DNA of 48,090 nucleotides, the filler included, from Basidiobolus ranarum (Eukaryota), in assembly GCA_040143965.1 (NCBI GenBank). It is 2 parts of 2 records of this genome, joined end to end, with 100 filler letters (N's around TTAATTAATTAA, not from the genome) between each part and the next. Parts side by side here need not be neighbours in the genome. Positions count along the whole stretch, not along the records: positions 24,123 to 48,090 come from JASJQH010000159.1; 1 more part is not named here. One strand, written 5' to 3'. Position numbers and translations under genes: made by a program. The notes under the pieces were generated by a model that was not told the origin of the DNA, made no database searches, and saw only the letters and a list, made by a program, of their open reading frames with translations. Positions 38,148-48,090 of the stretch are shown here, piece by piece (positions within the stretch are counted from its first letter, which is position 1; every line of letters starts with the position of its first letter).

Positions 38148-40109
38148 ATGGAACCTTCAGAATGCTGTTGCAAAATAGAGGAGGCATTTCGTCATGGCTC
38201 CTTTAAAATAACTGGTTCCCAGAAAACAAATGACAACGGTGGAAGTACCTATGTCGCCTATGTTGTAGTTTTTGGTGTAAGCTAGTCTCTTTTCTGGTTA
38301 CTGCATTATTCAAACTTAATTTTTATTCTGTGATTAAACCTCCAGAACCTGGAAGCGAGACGTAGATATTCCGAATTTGAATCCTTACGAACTGCCTTTT
38401 GTAAACTACATCCAACTTGCATAGTTCCACCAATTCCCAGAAAACACTCAATTAGTAAGCGTTCAAGACATAACTCTTGTGGAGATTATTTTTCGTGACC
38501 AATTCATATGGCTTATTTTCTGTTTCGAATAGCTCATTATGCAACCATGCAGAATAGAAAAGATGATATATTAGTAGTTGAGAAGCGTAAACGCTTGTTA
38601 CAGTCGTTTTTAAATCGAGTGGCCGAACACCCAATTTTGTCTCATGAACATGTATTCCACCGTTTCTTGGAAAATGTTTCTTGGGTATTTTTGGTTTTTC
38701 AAGTCAGAGTTTCGAAATTATTTGGGTTACCAACGTTATCTTTCGATTTGTAGGCTGAAGTATTAAACTCTCCACCACTTAGTAACTTGCCCAAGAATTC
38801 ACTTCAAACACCTCCATCACCTGTAGTTTCTTCCCATAGTCAGGCTGGCTCCTCGCCCTTGCCTACGCCTAGCTCACTTCAACAATTGAAGAAGCCAGAC
38901 CCTCGTTTCTTGGAATGTGAACTTTACACCAACAGATTCTCTAATCATATTACAGCCCTTGAAAAAACGCAGAAAAGAGTTACCAAGAAACTCGGAGGTA
39001 TTTCGTTGATCCCCTCTTTGGTAATGATATCATGTAGTAACTAAGCAATCACTAGATCTTGCAAATGATTTTGCTGAGCTTGGTGCTGTTTTCAATGGAT
39101 TTAGTCTTAATGAAGTCGATTCTCTAGCTAATGCTCTCGAAAGAATTGGACAGGCAGTAGATGCGGCATTCATGTCTACTGGCTCAATGGTACGTCTTAA
39201 GTGATGTAAAGAAACAAAGGAAGTACCTAATGTTTATTTTACTCACATTTAAGGTAACAATATTGGAATGCGATTTTTCTGAACCATTGCAAGAATATGT
39301 TCAATTTTCATCTATTATCAAGACACTTTTGAGGTATCGGCATATGAAGCATTTACAGCTTGAATCTACCTCCGACTCTTTGGCCAGCAAACGGTCATAC
39401 CTGAATGAGTTAGAACTCGCTGAACAAGAATCAAAGAGATTAGACGAGGCCTTAAAACAAACGACTTTGTTGAATAAAAACGAAAATTCTACTGACGTTC
39501 CGATTGTAGCTTCACAGAATCCTACCGAAGAGAATAACTCTACTCTGGATGAAGTAACTATTTCCACCGAGGATGTTACGGTACCACAAAGATCTACGTT
39601 AACTCCACCCGTCACTTCTCCGGCAACTGGGAGCTTGTCCTCCCGAAAAAAAAATAGCACTTCCTTCTTAAATCGTTTGAGTTACACTATCCATGGAATC
39701 ATAGACGTTGATCCTGAAGCCACTCGACGGAATAATATTGGCAAAACACGAGAACAAATTACTCTGGTATTATATTAGCTCGTTCTTCATCTTCTCTTCC
39801 ATTTTATTCAGTCATTTATACTTCATCATTTGTAGTTGGAGGAGCAATTGGAATCGATTAACACCGAACTATCCGAAATCTCATCTAATATTCAAATCGA
39901 CCTAGACCGATTCCAGAAACGTAAAGAGTTGGATTTGCGAGATATGTTACTTGCCTATGCTAAATCCCAGGTCAAATGGTGTCATAAGGTAAATGACTCT
40001 GTAACCTCTTTTGACGGAGTTGAGATGCCACTGACACGTATTACACCTCAACTAGAATTTAGACTCATGGGAGGAAGCCAAAGAAGAAGTAGAGCGTATT
40101 TGTAATTAA
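38148..40109 (+). CDS. SNX41: PX-BAR sorting nexin Snx41/Atg20 family, 8 exons
   Basis: PX domain ARRRYSEFESLR...HPTCIVPPIPEKHSI and KRKRLLQSFLNRVAEHPIL..EHVFHRFL. BAR domain AELGAVFNGFSLNE, FSEPLQEYVQFS and IIDVDPEATRRNNIGKTRE. Confidence 0.9.
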
Positions 40110-41103
40110 GAGAGAGGATAACGATGAGTTGAGGAACTGAGTGCCATGAGATTCCCCGACATCTATCTTCTTTCCATGAACAGTCGCATCGTGTCCTAAT
40201 TATCATGAAATCGATCAAATGTTCATTTTTACAGGTAGTCAATCAAACAGCAACTTCTTTTATGAGCATTTGTCCTCCGTCTACATGGTTTTCTTTCCAT
40301 TTGGAATTTAGTATGAATCTGGTTTCATGTCAGACTGGATTCTTCTTCCGACCTCTTTAGTATCCCACTACAATACGTTATGTATCCCTTTATTCATAAT
40401 TAAATACCCATTTTTATCAATCGATGCAAGCTCAATTAGCGTTTGAATACAAAATCCTTTTATGCAAATATCATACCTTAAATTCCCTATCTTTCTCCGC
40501 AAACCGATTCAAAGATGAAGTACCGATGGGTATATATCTAAAGGAATATCAAAAGGACCGAGTATAGTTGGAAAGGAATCCATCGAATGCACTATTTTCT
40601 TTTTCATTGGTCGTGTTCAGGCACGGAATGCCTTCTGTGATATGTTTTCTTTCCTTGTATCGCTTATTTCTAAATAGTGAAGACGCAAATCGCTGTCATG
40701 CATGCTTATCATCGGATCGTATTGATGAAAACAATGTTGTACGACCCGGCTTTGTTGACAATGTGAACACATAAGATAGATAGAGGACCTGGTGGTGAAC
40801 AAGCATATTTCTCAACCATCAAATAATTTACTCTCGATATTTAGAATTGTGTTACCAGAGGCGAAGCAGTACATCATTTTATACTCAGGAAATCTACGAA
40901 TAGGGAACAGGGGGAATGGGTTCTTTACCGAGCGTTTTAAGCATTAGTTTTCATGCTCTCTAAGCAATAAGTTAAATATGGAGAAGAGTTGTACAAATGC
41001 AACATTAACATCAGATCGGTAATTTAACGGAAAATATAAGCTAATTTTGTATGTATACGGTATTGAGCATCAGTCTAGGCTTAATACTTGGGGAATCTAG
41101 CCA

Positions 41104-42342
41104 CTACGAATAAGTGATTTCAAACTCTGAATGAACATCATCACTACTAACGCTGATACTTTCATTGGGATCTAAATCACGTCTCATCAATAAACGTTGG
41201 TATATCTCCCGTTCTGAAGCACCAGTTCTTGCCATCATTACTCCGTTAAATAATACTAGAACTAAGGGACCATCTCCGCTATTCAATAGCTCCATGAACG
41301 AACTTGAATGCTGAAAATCTAACCAGTGTTTCGCTACAAAGAGACATATTTTTGCTAATACGCGGCACAATTCATATTTGTAGGCAAAATGTAACAACTG
41401 ATCGTAGTTCTCCATTGAAACGATACTTACTAGTATCTTTTCCGTCCAGAGACATAATTCTGGCAAGTCATACATATCAGATAATGTATAAACAGCAGAT
41501 AGGTATTCAAAAGCATCCTTCTCTTCACTTCCTTCGATATCTCGCTGCTTTGGTGTTTGAACATCAAACTCGAAACAACCGGTGTAAATGTACTTGAAGA
41601 CAGCGAAAACAGGCTCATATTGAAATCCGGGAAGTTGTATGATTTGTTGCGTACTCTCGCACATATTGGATGTTTGGAACATAGCTCTAAAATAACTACT
41701 TCTACAGCACAATAGGAATTTGGTAGCATATAGAGCCTTCCCTTCTACCTTGAATTCCACATCGCTAAAATTGGGATCATTTAATTTATCTTCAAACTGT
41801 GGTATGTAATAAGTCGGTGGATCGAAGTTCTCCAAACTTGTAGCATCCGTGGTATTTCCACCAGAAGCAGTCAGTTGTTGTGAATCAGTTATCTCAGTAT
41901 CGCTACTTGTGTTGATGAAGAACAATTCCACACCAATGATAAAACTATCCCGTTCTCCCAATAGTTCATATAACTCTCTCCTATCTACAAAGCGTTCGAA
42001 ACCTTGAGATTGTTTCTCACAAAATACCCGCCTGCTAGTAAATTTCTTCAGTTTACGCTTTAGTCCTACGTCCAGTTTGAGATAAATACAAAATTCCACC
42101 TCTTTAGGACATGGTAGTCGTGTTGGCCTCAAATAGACTGATACAAAATTCTCATGTTCGTCATAACCGATAGGATATATTTCTAGACGCCAGATAGTAT
42201 CCACTATTAAAAACTCCGAAGTGCAGACTTTGCGCGTGGTGATGTGATGGAAATTTTTGACCTCCCATTGGAAAGAATAATACATATGAGATTCGGAAAC
42301 AATTGGTCTTCTACGACTTAGGTTCATATCCAAGGTTGTCAT
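41104..42342 (-). CDS. MATH-BTB (SPOP-like) Cul3 adaptor, intronless
   Basis: MATH domain FQWEVKNF...WRLEIYPIG....FVSVYL...GFERFV. BTB domain FSDVEFKVEGKALYATKFLLCCRSSYFRAMF...VFKYIYTG...SDMYDLPELC. Confidence 0.9.
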   Translation of the reverse strand: MTTLDMNLSRRRPIVSESHMYYSFQWEVKNFHHITTRKVCTSEFLIVDTIWRLEIYPIGYDEHENFVSVYLRPTRLPCPKEVEFCIYLKLDVGLKRKLKKFTSRRVFCEKQSQGFERFVDRRELYELLGERDSFIIGVELFFINTSSDTEITDSQQLTASGGNTTDATSLENFDPPTYYIPQFEDKLNDPNFSDVEFKVEGKALYATKFLLCCRSSYFRAMFQTSNMCESTQQIIQLPGFQYEPVFAVFKYIYTGCFEFDVQTPKQRDIEGSEEKDAFEYLSAVYTLSDMYDLPELCLWTEKILVSIVSMENYDQLLHFAYKYELCRVLAKICLFVAKHWLDFQHSSSFMELLNSGDGPLVLVLFNGVMMARTGASEREIYQRLLMRRDLDPNESISVSSDDVHSEFEITYS

Positions 42343-43053
42343 CGCAAGTTGAGGGTAAACCAATTTCTATACTTCTAGTAATAGCAAGACCAAGTTGGGG
42401 AAGGGGTTTCCCAATTTAGTTGTATTTGTATATAACTTAAATACTCTTGTTTGCAAGCCACTATGAATACAGTACAGGCAAGGAACAACGTGGAGCTCGT
42501 TTAATGAAAAAGATTAAAATAATAATTTGTTTAGAGACTTTAATACGAGCTGAGTATATGTATATATGCCAATAAGATAGTAGTTTGAGGTGACGAGATA
42601 CAGGAATATATTGAGTTTCAAATGAAAACGAGGATTCCAGGGAACTGATCGAATTAGAAATACTAAAAATAGGTTTCTTGCAATATACAGGTGCAGTTAA
42701 GTCGTAACACATGTCGACGATTTGAGACAAGACTAGTACTCTTTAATAAGAGGATGAAGTCACGAGCACTTTCCCTTAATGCTAATGATATTCGAGCCAA
42801 ACATGATAGGTGTTGATAAGTGAGAACGATGCTTATTCGTCAAGTTTAATATAATCTTGAATCAGAGCCTCAATGCTCACGTTGGAAGCGCATCTAGTCA
42901 TCCAAGATGGCTCAATAGCATTCACCATGAACAGTTGCTCTAGCAATAACATAGGAACAAGCATAGCCACAGTAGTGATTAAAGGTCAGTGACTAAGGTA
43001 GTCTCGCAGAATATTTATTGATGGGGTTTAGAAGCCACAAGAAGCACAGAAAA

Positions 43054-44265
43054 TTAAGGATTCAGATTATAACTCGCTTTTATCCGCTCCATCTCATTAC
43101 GAACTTTATCTGCTTGTTGAGTCAAATGTTGATAAAGATCAATATTAAGACCATTTTCCACATACAGTTTAAGCTGGCGTTGGGTGGCTGCCATGTCTGA
43201 TACGGAGTCGGTATTGAACTCGCGTTTTGTAATCAAAAAGTAAAGATAACCAACAGTAGCCATTCCGATACCCGAAAAGTATGTAAAAGGCTCCATTACT
43301 GAAAGGGAATATTCAAGTCAGATAATCATGAGAAGAAGCGAGCATCAGAAATACAATATTTACCATCCCACCCAAGGTCGACCCAAACAAGCTTGGCCAT
43401 GACAACCCAATAACTGCATAGACCAGCAAAACCACCAACTGAAATAAGTTGCGATGTTCGGTTTGCTTGAGCATCACACTTATGCTTTACCCTATTTAAA
43501 GCATCAATGCGGGACTGAAGGTTAATTAACTGACTACGTAAGCTAGCTGTGCGTTCTGTAGAATGGGTTTGTAGATAAAATCGAGATTAGCCATGGAAGA
43601 TTTTGGTTTCTTTAAAGAAAGTCTGGTATTCGATGTTTACCTTCAAACGATGGCATGCGAACAAGTACTTTAGTATCGTCAGCAATAATATAAAAGGATT
43701 TAGCATCAGACATGGTAGACTCTTGAATTAGGTCATCTATAGAAGCTCCAGCAGTCCACCGAGCTCCAACAGATAGGTTTTTTAACGAGTCATGAACGTG
43801 AACCAGTTGAATATCACCACCATGCTCGCGAATTTGGTGATACAAGTTTGAAAGGGTTAATTTTGGATGTAACATAAAACTATGTTCTTTCATCTCAGCA
43901 CCCCCTTGAGTAGGTAGAGGTACAGTGATACGAGGAAGTCCATTACTAACAGCAAAATCAATTCGCCCTGGATAAATAAAATAATCAATTATGAGTTATG
44001 CAATAATAAAATAAAATAAATTGCAGTTACCTAAAGGAATCTTCTCTCCCTTAACATCCAGAAGCTTACTATCCGATAATTTTGTACTTTGAGAATTATA
44101 GAAACGTGAGGCATGGATAAAAGCTGAAGGCAACAGCAGGCGGCTGGTTAAAGTTCTGCCTATAGTAGAATTGAAAGTAGAATTTTGCAGAGAGCTGGCG
44201 ACAAAGAAGCGTGGGGAAGTTGCCCTTAAGGAGGACCTTAATAAGTTGATTGGAATCGAGCCCAT
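43054..44265 (-). CDS. MCU: Mitochondrial calcium uniporter pore subunit (MCU family), 4 exons
   Basis: Mitochondrial presequence, coiled coil, TM1 GGFAGLCSYWVVMAKLVW, pore motif DLGWD/VMEPFTYF (WDxxEP, split by an intron) and TM2 GMATVGYLYFL. Confidence 0.92.
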
Positions 44266-45266
44266 AACAATACTACGACCTTTACCTACGATAGGGTCTC
44301 TACTGGTACAACAAAATAAGAGTGAGCAAGATAACTACAAACAGGATCAAGAATTATGGTTGGTGATACTTAAATGCCAGGAGCGGTCTGTTTTTCACCA
44401 GTAGTTGAACTTGCAAAATTACCAATATGAAAGCATCTATTTCATCAAATAGATATATATTGTAATATCAGTATTTGAGCACAATCTAAATCGAACTTCC
44501 AAATCGGGTATTTTTCCTTGGCGTTTACTCACAGGTTTCTATGTCGTGGAACCAATTATATTAACATAAACTACACCTATTCCAAATCCTGGTTATTTAT
44601 CGGTACAAGGAGATGAATGATTTTCTCGGCAGCGATCATCAGCATAATAACTTAATAGCCAGGAACTTGACCTTCTACAACCTTCGCACTATATAGGATT
44701 GGAACGAGCACTAAATATCCACATACTCGACTGTTGTTCTTAGTTCTTCACAAGACCAGAAAACAGTCACCTTTACGAATAAATTACTACAGAGCACATG
44801 ATTGAATAGCATAGTTGCCAAAACTTGTTAGACCGCTGAGCGTGAATCAAATTTATTACTGATTGTTCTAATGAATTATCGGGGAGACTGAGCATTTGTG
44901 TGAGTGTATATGGAGTGTAGGTGTGAGTTTAACGTAAAAATAATGCGCAGACTGGATGCTTTTATCTTCAAATTTACCTTCTTCCAGTTAGAAAAAAAAT
45001 CAGTTGAGATCAAGAAAACCTTTCGTAAAGAGCTCAAATCCAATGTTAAAAGGGAAATGTGCCTAATAAGATATATATGAGTCAAAAATAAACCAAGTGA
45101 AGGATTAACGGAGGAGGTGTTCAATCAATGTAAAGTGGGACTGTGTGGGTTGATCAAATACGACAGTGATGTTAAATATGCATGCAAGCATTAATCAAGG
45201 AGTAGGTTACCAATGGATTAAATCAAGGAGTAGGTGTATAAGTTAACGAATGAGGAATGTCCAAAT

Positions 45267-48090
45267 TCAGTCAAATTTTTTACTTCTGGAAGAGTTACCG
45301 CCTCGTCTAACACTTTGACGTCGGCGACGAAGAGTTTCGCGCCGCTGGATGTCATCGTGGATTTTGATTGCTTTGGTCATGAAGTCCATAAATCGGTTAG
45401 CATAAAGGGATGGGTTTACTGCTGATATCCCGTTCTGATGATAGTAAGAATTAATAATCATTGATAATCATGAAAATAACGCAATACCACACCACATACT
45501 TTATCATGACTTAGCGATTTCCACATGTGCTCCATTCTTTTAGCAAAGTTATAAGGCGTAAGGATATCAATAATACCAACATAAAAAATGGTGTCGGTGA
45601 AAACGCCGCTTTCATCAGATCCAGCAAAACCACCCTCGTCTTGATAAAAGATACAGTTGTTTCGCCTAGGAGAGTTAGTGTTGGAATAGATTAGCATGAA
45701 GACTGAAGGGCGTAGGAACTGAAGTATCATTACTCATTAAATGGGTCTTCAGGAAGTGTAGAATTTGAGGGACCAAGTGCAATAGGGTCAGACTCTACAA
45801 TCATCTTTCGAACAGCGTCTGGGTGATAGGATCCTCGCTTTTGTATAGGCTTATCCAGCTTCTCAGTATCGGGCTAAAGATAAAGGTTAGTCAAATATAG
45901 CAGATTACTCAGAGTAAAGATGAGATGAACCTTAAAGACAGAAAGAGTGTTATCTCTAATGTTGTCCCTGTTTCCACGTTGTTTATCATGCAATCCAACT
46001 AGAAGACTATAATCCATGATTTTAAGTTCTTTCAAAAGCTATGATATACATCTTATTAGTTGGGTCTGAGATATAAGAGAATAGCTATCCGAACATACTT
46101 TGACATCACGATCCATTTGATCAACAAAAAGTTGCCGTTTCTCAGGTCCGATTTCCAGTTTGCGATCACGAGTCTGCCAGTTTAAATCTTTCATTACAGC
46201 GTGAGGGCTTTTCTTGAGGTCCTCATCACCAAGCTCACGCCCAACAGTTGATCCCTAAACGAAAAATCAAAATGCTATTTGATGGTTTACGAGAAATTCT
46301 GCTAACTAACCTTGAGATCATAAGTTTCGTGTATATCTTTGTTAGGTGGGAAATTGTTGGCCATTACTACGAAGTGAATTTTGCGACTGTGAGGAAGCTT
46401 TACACGGTGAAGACCAAAGAATCGAGAAATCAAAGTGTTTGGATTCTCTTTGACGTGCTATATAGAAACTCACCATTAGTAAAAATAGATACCAAACTGG
46501 TTTAAATTCAAAATCACCTGGTAATAATAGGGTAAGATTCGGCGCAGGAACTTGTGTTCAGTATGATGAATCGTCTTGATAATAAACCGATAGTCTTGTG
46601 AATAGTAAAAAAAGCTTCCACTCTTTCCTGGAGAGCCCAATTCTGACAGAATGTATTTACTTGTAAGGGATACCTATATCAATGATTATACATAAGCAAC
46701 TGTAAAACAACAGTTCAGAATATTTTACAAGTACCAGGTATTCTGCGGAATCAATACCAAAAAGCTCTCTCAAATGTCTAAAGACCCAAGGGGCGTAGTC
46801 CTTAAATTTAAAGTCATATTTTGATGACGGAGTCATTTCATTTCCGACACTAGAATAAAGGAAGTAAGTGTCTGGAATTCTACATTTCATGAATGTATCG
46901 AAAAAATGACTTACATATCGAATGCTAGTTTGTGGGCGGCACTAAAGTCAATATCATGCAAGTCACGACGCGACTTACCAGTGCAGCGTGATACCTAATT
47001 TAGAAAACAAGTGTGTTAACGGCCTAGAGTTCAAAAGAAATAACTACGTTATCAAAGCTTACTGCGACACGGATACCAGTCAACATATTGTACATCAAAA
47101 TATAATTCTTATGGTCTTTATCGATACGAGTTCCGATGGCAATTCGTTGCTCCTCGTCAGTTTTTTTTCTTCGAATGGTTCTACGATAAGAAAGCTTTCT
47201 ACTTAAACGTCGGATATTTTCCATCGTTTGGCGTATGTTGCTTGGATTTTCAGAGTTTATACACTCTGTGTCAACGGTGGAACTTACACTTGTACCAGCA
47301 AGATCGTCCTTTAGTTTGGTTGGAGCCCGGGATATAGTAGAGTATCGTTTGGATTTTCTTCTCTGAATTTTCATGGTATTATTTCTTGTTATTTGAGGAT
47401 TAGAGGGTTGCTCAGAAGCCGTAGGAAGGATAAAACTGGTAGGACGACGATTTGTAGACACTGAGCGTCCAAGTCCTCTATTACTACGTAAGCGAATAAT
47501 TGGCTTTTTGTGTACTAATTCAGAGGATAACATGATTTCTTCAGTTGAACAAGGTATGTCACATTCATCGATATCATTTAGAGACAGTTCAGTTTTAGTT
47601 TTAACCATAATTTCGGAGTGCGAGTGATTTGATATTAATAACTCCTCACCACTGGTTTGGTCTGAATCTTGGTCCTCAGAATTAATCATGAGGATTGTCG
47701 ACTCGGAATCACTTTGAGGTAAGGAGCTGTTGCGGGGTGGTAGATTTTCTAATAGATGCAAATCACTCTTCCTCTTATATCTTGAACGACGATACCATGT
47801 AGCAGAAGCACTTTTTTCCCAATTGACAGAAGATTCTAGGGCACCCGTTGAGAAAGAGCGAAAATTCCTTGGATTATAGTCTGGCAAGTGCATATCTTCT
47901 TCGATGGAAAGTCGATAACTTAGGGGAAAAGTCGATTTTTTATCACTAATACCATCCTGCCCCCCAGTTGAATTTGTGACGTTAGACGAGACATCCCGTT
48001 GAAAATCGAGAGAATCATCAGAGGCGAAATTTCTTGTCACCGAGGCCAGATTCTTGGACGGGAAACTGATTTCAACTGTTGGTATTCCAA
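45267..48090 (-). CDS. MSS4: 1-phosphatidylinositol-4-phosphate 5-kinase (Mss4/Its3), 5' end outside window
   Basis: [112 protein letters not shown]. Confidence 0.96.

Noticed and set aside
46662-46673. GTATCCCTT on the minus strand resembling a U12 donor in MSS4
   Set aside because: It follows an AG acceptor and encodes conserved exon sequence ([19 protein letters not shown]).

Overview
Intron-rich, gene-dense eukaryotic DNA, very probably from an early-diverging fungus. Basidiobolus/Zoopagomycota-like is an inference from the fungal-type genes together with RAD51D, CCDC6, CNPPD1 and an apparent U12 intron. I spliced about 20 protein-coding genes by hand, in order: a secreted Ser-rich repeat protein (cut at the left edge), ODC1-type mitochondrial carrier, secreted HEXXH metallopeptidase, NPR3, RAD51D, a large ARM/HEAT protein, CCDC6-like, ubiquitin-RPL40, TFB4, FCF1, a formin cut by an assembly gap, an MFS (ACS-family) transporter, a small mitochondrial protein, two divergent SET-domain paralogs, a secreted lysozyme-like protein, CNPPD1-like cyclin, SNX41/ATG20, MATH-BTB, MCU and MSS4-type PIP5K (cut at the right edge). 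The best novelty candidate is the head-to-head pair of Cys-free, bacterial-looking SET methyltransferases. Each has a type II signal anchor, a stem and a conserved N-glycosylation sequon, which suggests SET enzymes in the secretory-pathway lumen. Also notable are a U12-type and a GC-AG intron in TFB4, a ~1 kb CpG-free probable transposon relic with 26-bp direct repeats, and a long hairpin in the RPL40 5'-UTR intron. Family assignments come from recognised motifs, not database searches.
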